A DNA stretch of 64,000 nucleotides, taken from NCBI GenBank assembly GCA_047495785.1, contig JBLDXI010000003.1, positions 558,001 to 622,000 of the forward strand, written 5' to 3'. The DNA comes from Lepidodermella squamata (taxonomy: Eukaryota; Animalia; Gastrotricha). The notes beneath the pieces are model-generated. The model worked only from the letters and a program-made list of their open reading frames with translations. It was not told the DNA's origin and did no database searches. Position numbers and translations under genes: made by a program. How positions within the stretch are numbered: the stretch's first letter is position 1; each line of letters starts with the position of its first letter. Of this stretch, positions 1-12,400 are shown piece after piece.

Positions 1-168
1 GGTAGAAAAAATACGAATTTTCATATCAACAAAAAAATAAAAGCTTTTTATCAAAATTCAATGTTTTGTTGACTTTCATTTCCGTGGGAAAAACTATTGA
101 AACTCCATAGAGAAAACATCGAGGATAAAGAATTCGAAATCCAATAATTTTGCGGATGAAATCCAGTT

Positions 169-1342
169 TCAAGTTAGAACCGTGACCCCTCTTGCACCTG
201 ATCGATTTTCTCGGGTGCGAAGCTCTGATACATAGAAAAGGTACCGTGATGCATTCAGTTCCTGATGCAGAAGCGATTTGAATACGCTTTGGTGAATGTC
301 AATGGTCGGCCCTGGCCATACTGGAGTATAACCCTGCAAGACATTATTTTTCGTCCGCTATCTTATTTTGCTGAAAAGAATACAAAGCGAGGATATAATT
401 TTAAGGATTTAGGCACCCTGTTGTTGTAGTTTTCCTATTGGATTTTGTGATCTTCCGCTAATAGGAGGTGGACACAAAATTGCTTACTTTGAACATCGGG
501 TAAGATTGAAGTGTAAGTTGCGAAAGTTCGTTACACATGCCGAGGGTCGAAGGAGGGCTCCCGTTCGGCAGGCTGTTGAAGAGCGCTTTCACATGAATTA
601 CGCTCGTCGATCTGATCGCATCCAAATCTTCTTGGGTGAGATATATTGGGTCTATTCCTGAGCGAAACCAATATTGTTCAGTGAAGATACGATCATTAAG
701 CGGCAATGTCTCAACCTTTGAAAAAATTGCCATATTCCTCACATATCATCGACTCGAATGCAGTTTGCTCCAGGCCCAACTTGACCACTGTTTCGATATT
801 ATTGATAGCCGCAGAGGGTCTTTTCAGCGGTACTGATTCCAGGCCGTGAAAAAGCGTGAAAGCATTGGCTGTGCACATCATCATAGCTTCAGCTCTAGGT
901 CCTAGTTTATTTTGCGGATTTGGGATTATCACAGGAGGGGATAGTCGAGTATCCTTCCTGGATATGGAATCCGATGATGCATTCGAGTCACTTTCGCCTG
1001 ATTCTTTTGTCATGAATTTACCTTTAAAATTGGGGAAATTATAGTTGATTGAAGAATAAGGGGTTTATGCTTACTTTGCAAACCAACCGACAAGCATTTA
1101 TCGTAACGGCATCGCTTACACATTTTCCCCTTCAAATGACTGGCTAATTTGCAAGGCGAGTTCTTTAATTGGTGGCCTCCGTTGGTTTCCTGTTGATCTT
1201 GTACACACACTAACCCATGAGGTTTTTCGCAGTGGCGCCTGAAGAACTTTTGACACGCCTCGCATGCTGTAGGCTGGTAGTCTTTGCGTCTAGGAACGAC
1301 AGAAGTGCAAATTTTACATAAAACAGCGTTGACAGGTGGCAT
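169..1342 (-). CDS. Divergent nuclear hormone receptor (C4 zinc-finger DBD + LBD), spliced; 3' exons uncertain
   Basis: Exon 1342-1075 encodes CKIC..CEACQKFFRR..CKRCRYDKCLSVG (NR DBD). GT-AG introns 1074-1022 and 715-658 join the three listed ORFs in frame, giving the LBD signature-like FFKGIDPIYLTQEDLDAIR. There is another donor at 487. A probable later segment at about 333-169 (IHQSVFKSLLHQELNASR) was not resolved. Confidence 0.8.
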
Positions 1343-1889
1343 TTTAAAACGATGAAAAATGTGTTTATACTGGAGAGAGGTAAAAGCAGTGCTATAGGGT
1401 GCGACACCCTAAAAAAATCGATGTAGAACGAGATGAATGACATCTGAGCTGCTACTTCTAGTTCAACAACTGAATACAGGAGAATCATCTCTCATTACGG
1501 ACGAAAAAACACGAGCAGATTTAATTATGAATTCGCGCTATAGATCTGCTTCTTCGGTTACCATGTTTAACGATTGAGATTTGAACTAAATGTGATTTGA
1601 ACTGAAAGCCTGAACGCCGGAGACGCAGCAAGTTTTCAGCTTTAGCTCGGGGTTGCTCCGGGGAAGTTTGCAACATTTTAATAGATAATTGCATTCATCG
1701 CCTCAGCCTAATCTCAAATAGAACCACGGGATTTGCTGATAAGCGATGTAAGAAAAGATGAACAGCGCGAAAACTCCCCTGATATTTATTTTCGCCTTCT
1801 GATGCTCAATTTCTCAACATCTGGCGCCTGGCTCACATGGTGTTTGCAGCATAGGCAATAGTATCTTAGAAGCTATCTGACGCTGAATC

Positions 1890-2768
1890 ATGGCTGGAGT
1901 TAACTTCCGATTACTAGAGGCCTGCTACGAAGGGCGAATCGATCAAGTCGAAGCTCTTCTACTCTCTGGCGAGTGCGATGCCAACAACCCCGCTAGTGAA
2001 TCGGACCTCGAAAGTTCTGGCGATGGTGTGACGCCTCTTATCATCGCTTGCGAGCAAAATAACTTGGAACTAGCCAAACTCCTCATCACAAAATTCAACG
2101 CCGACCCCAATCGAATTACTTCATCTCACAATGTTGCGTTACATTTCGCGATTGAACACAGTAATTATGAGATGATGAAAGTTTTGTGCGAAGCTGGGGC
2201 TAATGTGAATCTAGGCGCTGAGCCGCCTTTGATGCTGCTTTGCTGGCAGGGTGGCACCCCGGAAATGATGGAATTGCTGCTGAAACATGGCGCTGATGTT
2301 AACAGCTCCAATTCCGTTGGTTGGTCGCCGATCAAAATCGTTCTATGGCACAATCAAATTCAGGAATTTCCACATTACCCATTCTACGATTTTTTCACAC
2401 TCCTCAGTGATTTCGGAGCTACCACTCGGATTTCTACGGCTACAATTCGTGATATCGACATTTTAGAAGGCGCTGTTGTTAGGATCTGGAGTGATAAGGA
2501 GCAAATTAGCGATCGCGATTACAAGGCTTTGCTGGTTAATGCATACCAATTGATGTCTTTCAGCCCTGATTTGTGGGCAGATGAGCCGACGTCAGAAGCT
2601 TGCAAGTTGCTGCGTGAGTTACACCCACTTCGCCTCCAAGATATTGTGAGGATTGTTCTCCTGCGAAATCTGCCTGTGGGATATGAGAAAAGGCCGAGAG
2701 CTATCAAGGATCTGGGTGAAATACTACCGCCTAGTTTGCTCTACTTTCTATGCTTTTTGAAATCGTGA
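1890..2768 (+). CDS. Ankyrin repeat and SOCS box (ASB-like) protein, intronless
   Basis: Ankyrin motifs (GVTPLIIAC, ALHFAIE..EMMKVLCEAGANVN, LLLKHGADVN..GWSPI) and a C-terminal SOCS box (PLRLQDIVRIVLLRNL..LPPSLLYFL). Confidence 0.88.
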   Translation: MAGVNFRLLEACYEGRIDQVEALLLSGECDANNPASESDLESSGDGVTPLIIACEQNNLELAKLLITKFNADPNRITSSHNVALHFAIEHSNYEMMKVLCEAGANVNLGAEPPLMLLCWQGGTPEMMELLLKHGADVNSSNSVGWSPIKIVLWHNQIQEFPHYPFYDFFTLLSDFGATTRISTATIRDIDILEGAVVRIWSDKEQISDRDYKALLVNAYQLMSFSPDLWADEPTSEACKLLRELHPLRLQDIVRIVLLRNLPVGYEKRPRAIKDLGEILPPSLLYFLCFLKS

Positions 2769-3436
2769 TTCCAATTGATGAGTAAATAAATTGTGACGTC
2801 TCTTTCTCTGTTTAGTTCGCTTGACGATTTTCAGGGTCTCCTCCTCCGTGAAGAATGACTTTTCCCTTTTTAACAAGGAATCGCAGTACCTCCGAACCCC
2901 AGCAACGATAGGGCGCTTGCTCGAGATTGGGAAACTCCTGGTTAATTTTGGTCGATAAAGTGTACAGTAAATGTTACAGTTTTTGCGCAGATTTTCTCCA
3001 ACCCCCTCGGAAAAGTCATGGGAGTTTAAGAGTGTAGCCATATCCATCGTCGCTCATCGCTACAATTGTTGTCCAAGATTCTATCCTAGCTCCCAGCGTT
3101 ACTCGTTACTCACTCAATTTTCCAAGCGTTTGCAACTCTTTTTCTCAACTCCTACTGAAGTTTATGCTGACCAAGTAAACGGAGAATTGATGAATTGGAA
3201 CACAGCGCTTTTATTCCCCGCAATGAATTCTCCACAAAAAGATAAAACATTTTTCCAGCAGTAACAAACAGTCACTGGTCTTCAGCAGGAAACTATTTAC
3301 GACGATAAATAATATTAAAATTCTTTTTTGAGAAGCATCCACATTGTAAACAGAAAAAGCAGTAAAACATTGAAAAATGTAATAGCACCAACACCTTATT
3401 CACAAGAAAGCGAACACAGATAGATTTGAGTGCTGT

Positions 3437-6400
3437 CTAAGCGCCAACAATACGCTTGCCGATATAACCGGGGAGACTGTAGACGAATAGCGCGAAAATA
3501 AGCGCAATCAGCGTGATAATGACCAGCTTAATGAACAGCCACTTGAATTTGTTGCACAGAATGTAACGCAGCGATCTGAACGGATTTGTGAACCACAAGA
3601 AGCTAGTGTCAGGTCGATTTGGTTTCTCCATCGGGTCTGGTGGATCTCGGCCGAGACCGACAGGTCGTGTTGAAGCTTCCTCGGCGGTTAGAAGTTGGAA
3701 TTCAGCTTCGACTTTGCCTGTGAGCTCGATTTCTTGGGTCGTCTCGTTTTTGACGGTGAACGGCCAAAAGCCTCGCATACGGCGCTGTTTGAAGAGAGAT
3801 GTTAGCGGGGTCCTGCTGTCTGGAGCCACCATGTCTGGCGTGCAGTCTTTAGCGTCCTTAGCGCCACGAGGTAAGCTGTTGAGATCGAGCACCAGCGAGC
3901 CGAGAAAATCATCGGCTCCGACTAAATCAGCATCCCAAACCTAAAAATCAAAACTCAATTAGTATCCTTCGAAAATAATGGCTTCCCATACCAAATTCTA
4001 TATGACCCAATGATTCCCATAGATCCCCTCTTATTCCCCATTAATCCCCTCAGATCACCACAGATTCCAAGGGGATCCAAGAATCTTAATTTACTCGATG
4101 CAACAGCATCTTTCTAATGGTCTGGGGATCTTCCGAGGACGAACGGACAAATTCCTTGTATAAATCTATGAAAAGCTGTCAAACCTGAAGCGTGAGCCTA
4201 GCTGGCAGCTTCTCCTCGCTCTCGTCCCAAGACAGCATGTTCTCCTTCCGCTTGATAACAATTTTCTGCTCGCAAGACAAGTAGTCGAACTTGAAAACGA
4301 ATCGCCAATTGAAGTTTCCCTCGCCAGTCAACGAGCGGTAGTGCACATCCGTCTGCTGTGTATCCTCCGGCCCAGTCAAATACCCCTTGACGTAGATATC
4401 ACTCATCTTCTCACCGGTAATAGAAACATCATCCAAAATAACATCCTCAGTATTCCAGATGATACAACGCAACTCGTAGGACTTGGGCTTACGCGGGGAT
4501 ATGTCAATCGGGGGAGGGATGTTGCCCTTATCTGAAGGGAACATATCGACCCACATTTCAAGATGACCCATAACCTGTCCAGGCTGGTTTGGGTCGAACA
4601 GCAGCCGGTTTTCAATATGCTCAGGGACTAATTTGTACCCAGTCACTTTGTCCCAGTTATTAAGGACACCCAAAGCAAGATGCTCATTCGCATCCGGCAT
4701 GTTCTGCTCCCAGGTAACAGGTTGGTACAGTTTCTTGCCGATAATAACCTTCCCATCTTCGTAGATCGGAGCGTCGAGACCCTCCCGTCTACACATGTAG
4801 CTCAAAACGTGGGTCGGTCTGTTAGAATCTCGCCAGTTGTTAAAACCGCCCTTCTCATAGACAAGGGGCAATCCACACGTTGGTCTGTGTTTTGAGTAAA
4901 ATCGGCCTTCCAGGTCAATCTTAGTCTCGCCAATCAGCTCGTCGGTACCCACAAGATCCCAATCGTAGATTTGAACGGTCAGCATGTTGTCGAAGGGTAA
5001 CGAGGCTTTGATGTCAAAACAACGACCGAAAACAGGATTCAGCTGCTTCGAGACGTAGTTATCCTTATCTTTAATGACAGTTTTACCCAACCGGATGGTT
5101 ATGTAAGGATCAGACTTTCCGTTCATGTCTTTCGGATACAAATCGTAGGCCCGAACAACATAGACCCTTACCATAAGGGGTACGACAGTGGAAGGGGGTA
5201 GATTGTGGAAGAGAAGCGAACGACCGTGTTCGTCTCGATGCGGTTTCTGGCCAACCAGCGATGAATCCAAGCGGGATACTCGGATATTGCCCTTGAATTT
5301 GCCAGACATATGGCTCTTCTTCTGAGCCGGGTCGGCATCTTCATCCTCCTTACCGCGATTCAGCTCGAAAGTTCTGACAAAGTCTTCAAAATTCCCGAAA
5401 GCTGTTTCAAGGTCTGACGTAAACATTTTGAACACACGAACATTTTCCTCGCGTTGTAGCCGCTTGAGTTCAGATTTCGACAAATTCTCTGCTGGAATTT
5501 CGTCTGCAATGTACGCGGCGTTGTCAAAACCTGACTCTGATTTCGACTCGCTCTGTTTCTTCGTGCGGCTGAATAACTTGAGTTTCGACTTCCCGCCCAT
5601 TCCACCGGCCATAAGAGCCTTCCCAGCTAGCGTTGACGCTTCCAGTTCCACCCGTTTTTGCTCCTCGATAGTTGCGTAATACTTTGTCCACCAATCGGTT
5701 TCCTCGTCGTCATCGACTGGAGCTGCTTGCGCGGCGCCAGGTTCCCCGCCAGCCTCTGCAACAGGAGCAGGTTTCGACGATTGAGGTTCGGACTCTTTTG
5801 GCGGGAATCGAATTCGAATCTTCACTCGCTCGTACTTTTTGAGATTCCTCGGCTTCGCTTGAAGCTCCATACCTTCCGTCATCATTTCATCAGTCGCGCC
5901 GTAGCCAAAGTCGTCGTAGGCCGACGTCATCGCCATTGCCTCATCTGCAAGATGCGGATCGATCGGGCCGATTGCTGATTTCAAAACAGACGGAACCATG
6001 TAAGCGCCCTCCACTGGCGGAGCTGGGGTTTGGCCCAATTCAATCTGTAGTTGCGCCTTAGTTTGGTCGCCGAAATTTCCAGGAAGACTTCTGGCTAACG
6101 ACGAAATAGCTGGGGTACTGCCTGGTCCGAAATCTACGTCAATAACTGACTCTTCATCAGATGATGCTTTTCCGGAATCGTCCTCCATTGCCACGAAAAA
6201 CGCTGAAATATTAGGAACAGCGGCGGATCCAACTAGGAGTTGACGGCCAAAACTACGGCAATCCACGCAACGAATCATAAGAGGCGGGCAGAAGATGTCG
6301 TTATCAGGTAAATCCATCTCAATCGCTTTGATGAGACAGCCGAAGTTGGGGAAAGTCTGAGCGTTATTGATGACATCACTCTGAATAGTTTGACCAGATA

Positions 6401-9400
6401 ACTCAACATCTAAACGCGGTTTGTTGACCGAGAGGAGTTGAACCCTGGAGAGCTCGCGAAGACCCCAGAAAAGGATTTCGATCCTATACCTGCTCAAGGT
6501 CGGTCTGATACCTCTGGGGACTGGCATTGGTGAGTCTGAGGGTGCATCATCCGGGAGGTCGAGTTTAGGCAGGTCCTCCTGAGTTTTCCCGTCTTCAATT
6601 TGAAGCAGCTCGGTGGCGGCGAGGACCTCGCCAGATTCTGCGAAGGTCTTCGGCGAGATGAGTTTGAACCACTGTAACTGGGGTGGTACGTAGCGCTGAA
6701 GTTCGCGGCTGAAACGAACTATGGGAGTAATGTAAGCCACGCCGATCAGCTCATAAGATTCAGGGTCGTCGTAGTCGTAAATGTTAAGTGTAATGACTGG
6801 AGGGCGTTCCGTGATGGATTCAATGTTACCCCAGACTTCGACGTCATTTACGAGAAGAGTTTCGTCCCAAATCGGGCTAAGGGTTTCATTAATCACTCGA
6901 GATTTGTTAGCACAGTTTTGAATGTGGATAACAGCGAAAGGGTCGGATAAACCTGTATCATCAAGACCTCGAATTCCTCTGGCTTGGTAGAGATAGGACC
7001 TGAGTTGGAACTTCATCGACTCCTTGAAATGCAGGCTTGATGGGATGGGGGTAGATGGGGGTATTACGATGCCTTTCGGGAGTAACTGGAAGCATTTGTG
7101 CCAGTCTTTATGGAGGCCGTGCCAGGCTGATAGCGTGAGATTGCCGACGTGGGCGTTGGTGCGGTCAGGGGCAAGAAGTTTGAAGGTCTCCATCTTGCCG
7201 CACATGTTGCCGCACTCTTCAGGGACTTCGCTGAAATGTAAGCAGCGAAGGGGGATTTTAGCGTAGCCGATTTTTCTGTGATCACTGCCACCGACTAGCC
7301 AGATAAAGGCGTCGGGGAAGTCTTGTTCACGGGGAAGGAGAAGAGCATCAATTACTGTCATGGTTCGCGAGAGGGTAGTTACTGCTTCTTGACATGAGTG
7401 CACATTCAGACCGCTTTTTGTCCTTGAACAATTAGTGACGATTTCAGTCTGGAAATAGCAAGTTATCAGCAAAAATCATCATTATTTCTCTTATTAAATC
7501 CTCAGGTCCCTCAGACTTAATCTTCCACTTGCCCATGCTTCCCCATGCTTCCCCCTACTTTCCCCCACTTTCCCCAATCATCCTCGCGGAAAATCCCAGA
7601 ACTTCAAGAACTCTTTCTTAATAAAGTCTTCAGCCATTCAACCAACCCCTTAACTATTACATCCCGTCCCCATAGGCAATTATCGGGGCTAAAAATTTAT
7701 CTTACCAATGCATCCTTAGTTTGCTTCAGCCAATTTTCGAAGAGCTTCGACTGACGACCGACAACGCCAGTCGATTTTGAAAGGCGGTTGAACGTATTGC
7801 AACGGCCTACGACTTGCTTCAGGGTTTTGGCAACAACAGCCACAGCCAACTCAACTTTTTGCTGCTTCAAAGCTTGCCTAGCCCTGTAAACACCTTCGTC
7901 CTAAACAAAAGAGGATTGTAAGTTATAGGCTGATTTTCCAAGCTAAAAAACCTACAATTTCTGTGGCAATCTTCTCCAGCATATTGATTGTCGTAGCTTG
8001 CTTCCTTTGATCTTCATAGGCATAATGAACGGCCAGTAAAGGTTTCTTGCCCTGAAGGGGTAGGTACCCAAAGTCACCATCAGCTGGCTTGACAGCAAGA
8101 GCCGGGGTCAGGTGTAGAACTTTATCTATAAAAGATGTAAGGATGAACTTTAAAATCAAGTCTTATCAAGCCTTTCTCCCATATTCCGCATCAAAAAACC
8201 TTGGACCAATACCGGGTTTGACCTTCAACCGTAAAAACACTTACACTGTTCATAAATTTCTTCGAATGAAAACCCGACTAATATCGAGGCAATTATTTAT
8301 AGAAATGAGAGAAGTTCTAGACTCTTGAAATATAGTCGAACTTACCATGGTCCGCTCCGAGAAGAGGTTGAACCTCTTCTTTCACTGACTCTTTGCTTTT
8401 CGGCCGAGAGCCAATCGGGTTCTGAATTTCAGCTGGCAAAGTGATTTCAGGGTAAGGTCCAAGTGACAGTTGGACATGGATCGGTTTGTCCTTGATCTTT
8501 CCATCAATCATATCAACGCTGTGAATAGCTCCAAGAAGCAACAAGTCGCCTTTCACAGGAAGTAGAGACCGATCGCAAGGGGAACAGGTGTCGTTCAGAA
8601 CTTGGATTGCAGTAGGTTCAGGATTGTCGAGCAGCTCGGTGTGGAGCTCGATCAGGATCCTACCGCGATAGGCCTGAGCTTCGCCATATCGAGTGGCCAG
8701 CTCATCGTTAGGATCCAGAGCTCCGTACAGGTTGACCCAACAGGGTCCGAAAACAGGTAGATAGCCACCCGTGTGACTTTTGCCTTCGTTCGACACAGTG
8801 TACATGTCAATGTAGTGGCAGGCGATAAGATTGTCGCTGATGCCAGAATCGCGGACTTGGATAGCTAGACGTCGACATGGAGGAGGGAACATTTCTATGA
8901 AGGAAATCTGCTCGTTCCATTCGGGACTTGTCGTAGCTTTTTTGACAGTTGTTCTACCCTGCGAGAAATAAAAAATGAGCAATAAGATCACGCAACTACA
9001 AGAAATACAAGCCGTATAATCATACTTCCGACTTCAAACGTTCTCTGAAATTTGTACACCTACATATATTGAACCTTTGATGAGAGCCAATCTGAACCTT
9101 TTACCAGCTTTTACCGATTGATAGACAATAAAAAATGTGTTACCAGAGGTGGGGTTCGAACCCACGCGGGATTACTCCCATCAGATCTTAAGTCTGACCT
9201 CTTAAACCACTCGAGCACTCTGGTCGGGTGAATATTGAACCTATTACAACACTTCAGATCTCCTGTCAGATAGAACCCAGGTACTCTCAAAAGCTATTCC
9301 AGCCGATATTTAAAATAGGTGGAATCTTGCTAAACTCCTGGTTCAGGCCTCAATGAGCTTTAGAAAGGTTCAGAAAGGTTTCTCTGAATGTTTTTGGAAG

Positions 9401-12400
9401 AGCACATACCTGTTGATTGGCGAACAAGGCCATGACGAAAGGATCAAGAAGAGCAGAATCGCTTGACTTCAAAGCTCGTTTGAAGCCTGTCATTAGGCCG
9501 GAACTACTAGCAGAGGGCAGTTGCTCGGCAGCGAATATTCTCAAGCTGTACTTGGCAGTTTGCCAAAGCCCATCACTCGAACTTGCGCTCATCGTAAACA
9601 GATTCCTAAAAATATAAGATGTTTTCAAGTTTCAGAGCAAAAAAAGGTCAACGTACTTTTCAATGTTGTCATCTTCACCCTCAGCAGCGGCAGGTGCTCC
9701 TCCTCCCTAATAATGAAAAGAACAGTGTCAGAAATTCAGTTCAAACAAAAATTATGAGTATTGTGAGTGAAAAAAAGAAGAATTATCTTAGTTAACAAAG
9801 TTGAGTGGATCAGAACCGCATGCATACACGTTTTGTGAGGAATTTAATTTTCTGTTAATTCAAGACCAACATCAGCTGGTTGGCTTTTGTTATCTGAACT
9901 CCCCGTTGCAGCATTCCGCTCTTCCCTAGCGATTTTATGCTGATTTAGGCCGAAAAACGCCTTAATAAACTCTGCAGAGTCCTGTACATTGAAAGTATTT
10001 CGAAAATTTATGATTTTTGGATACCCAAAAATTTTAAAGAAAATTTGTAAGAAACTTACTCCGGCCATTTCGCCCTTTGCAACGACTGAAATGCAACATT
10101 TGAGGAAGCCCTTCGGAGGCGAGCAAAGATCGTTAGGGTCTGCTAATTGCACCCATTTTGTACCGATGGTGTGATCTAGGAATAATGCAAGATTTTTCTT
10201 GTAAATCGTTAAAATATAATATTTGATTTTTTACCTTGATGACGGTAGATTGTCGCCAGATCAACACGAAATTGGCCGATCATTTCATCGGAGAGCAGCT
10301 TTTTGCTATGCATAACCGATATGCAAACGACTTGATCGAGCAATTGTTGCAGACACATTCTCACATCGAAGAGCATAAACTAGAAAATTAGAAAAATAAT
10401 TTTAAAAATTCCAAAGAATGGGAAAATCAATTTAAATGTTTTCAAATTTTTAAACTTTAAAAAAAAAATCAAAAATTATTAACAGAAATTTGGGACATTT
10501 TCTTCGCATCTCAAACCTCATTGAAGTAAGGGCAATTAGTCGAGGTTTTAGTCGCCGTGGTTTTCTTCTCATTTCCAACTTGAACCGTGACCACCGGGTC
10601 AATATTCTGACCACTCAATTGGCGCGCCTCGACAACTGTGATGTGAACCTGGAAACTGCGCGTCTGCAGCGCTTCGTAATTTCGGCATTTATACAGCCGA
10701 TCGATTCTAAGATATCGGGCGAAATTAGGAAAATTCAGAAAAATATTTGATTAGTGCGCTCGCCTTTTGCGGGGTGACAGAAAATCGGCCGATGGCATGC
10801 TGTCAAGTTCCTCGGCAAATTTTTCCGAGCCATCGTCAAGCAGAGATGAAAGAGCCGATTTTGAGACAACTAAAAAATTAGAAAACAATTAATTTAGCAA
10901 AGCAAAAGGTAAAAAATATTTTAAATATTTAATTAGTTATTATCAGACACTAATTAACCTATTTAACTAAATCATCCCATTTAATTAGTTAATATTTAAT
11001 TATTAATTAATTAGTATGTTTTTAATCAAAATTTGTTGACAAGACAATTGAACAAGACAATTCACGAGACTATACATCGATTGATTTTTTTCAAACCGTT
11101 GCGAAAATAGAAAAAATCGTTGTCGTCGTAGCACTCGGGCGTGGCCATTAGGGCTTTCACGGCGCGACTCGGCGACGGCGTGAACCGCCGCCGCGCTAGC
11201 TCCGGGTTGCTCGTGCTCGCGCACAGCAAGTTGCGGCGCTCGTGAAAGCCCGCGTTAACCACTATCAGCGGTTCAAGCTCTACACCTGTACGGGATTTCG
11301 ATTTTTTGGGAGAAAAGATATCAAGTGATCATCAATTTAGAAACATGTCGGAATCATTATCATGGCGGCTGATTTGAGGAATTAAAAGAGGTCCGTACCT
11401 GAAACGGAGTCAGCATCCTTTGTGCCGCGCTTTTGAGGGGTTGAGGATTTTCCTTTGAAGCCCAGCTTTCCGAACAATCCTTTCCTGAAATAAAAATAAG
11501 AAATAACAAGAATAAATAGCTGAACAAGACGAAAAATCAATCAAGGTTCCAAAGGCAATCAGAGATGGAGACTCGATATTCTCAAGTATGGATATTAAGG
11601 TTCGATAGAATATCAAATGAAAAGCTGGTCAAGAGACAATTTTTTCAATTCCTCCGATTTAGGAATGAGCCTCGAATTTAGTTGTCAAAGATCACCAGGG
11701 GCATAATAAATGTTGCAGCATAGCGCTGAATCCCCGCCCAGTGTTCCAGATCTAATTTGAGTAATAGATCGGAGTTTAGGATTCTCTGTATCCAGCCGAC
11801 CAGAGTGCTCGAGTGGTTTAAGAGGTCAGACTTAAGATCTGATGGGAGTAATCCCGCGTGGGTTCGAACCCCACCTCTGGTAAATCTATTTTGATCGTTT
11901 AAAAGCAGTTTCCAGAAAATTCGTCCCCAGGAATATATTTTTTCGAAGTATTTGATGGTATTTAAAATTAACAATTTCCAGGCAACCTAGGCAAGAATTC
12001 GATATCTTTGAACAAATACGGTTGACCGAAGATTCCAAGATCCTTTATGGTGCGTCCACAAACTAACTTCGGAGAGGGTGACTTCGGAGACCGAACTTGA
12101 AACTTCGGAACACTCACGCGAAACTTCGGTGACGTTATCAGTGGCAATTTCCGCGCGCGCACGGCATGAGTCGTCCGAAGTTTCTATTGTTTGCGGGCCG
12201 AAGATTTCGAGTGCGCGCACGAGTGCGAGCGCGCTCAAACTAGAGAAGGGGCCGCAGGGTAGACACAAATTTTTTTCACTTTCACTTGAATTCTCAAAAT
12301 TCATAATTAATAATATGCGAAATGCGACGACGATAACAAGAAGCTAAATTTCGACGCAAAATTCACCATTTTTTTCAGAATAAATACAAAATTAAATTGA

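Noticed and set aside
658-715. Apparent frameshift or pseudogene in the nuclear receptor
   Set aside because: A 58-nt GT-AG intron restores the frame and yields an LBD signature.
2748-3264. Short ORFs between the ASB-like gene and otoferlin
   Set aside because: No motifs or convincing exon chain; likely 3' UTR or intergenic sequence.
9141-9224. tRNA as an ochre suppressor
   Set aside because: The anticodon centred in the 7-nt loop CT-TAA-GA is TAA (reads UUA, Leu), not TTA.
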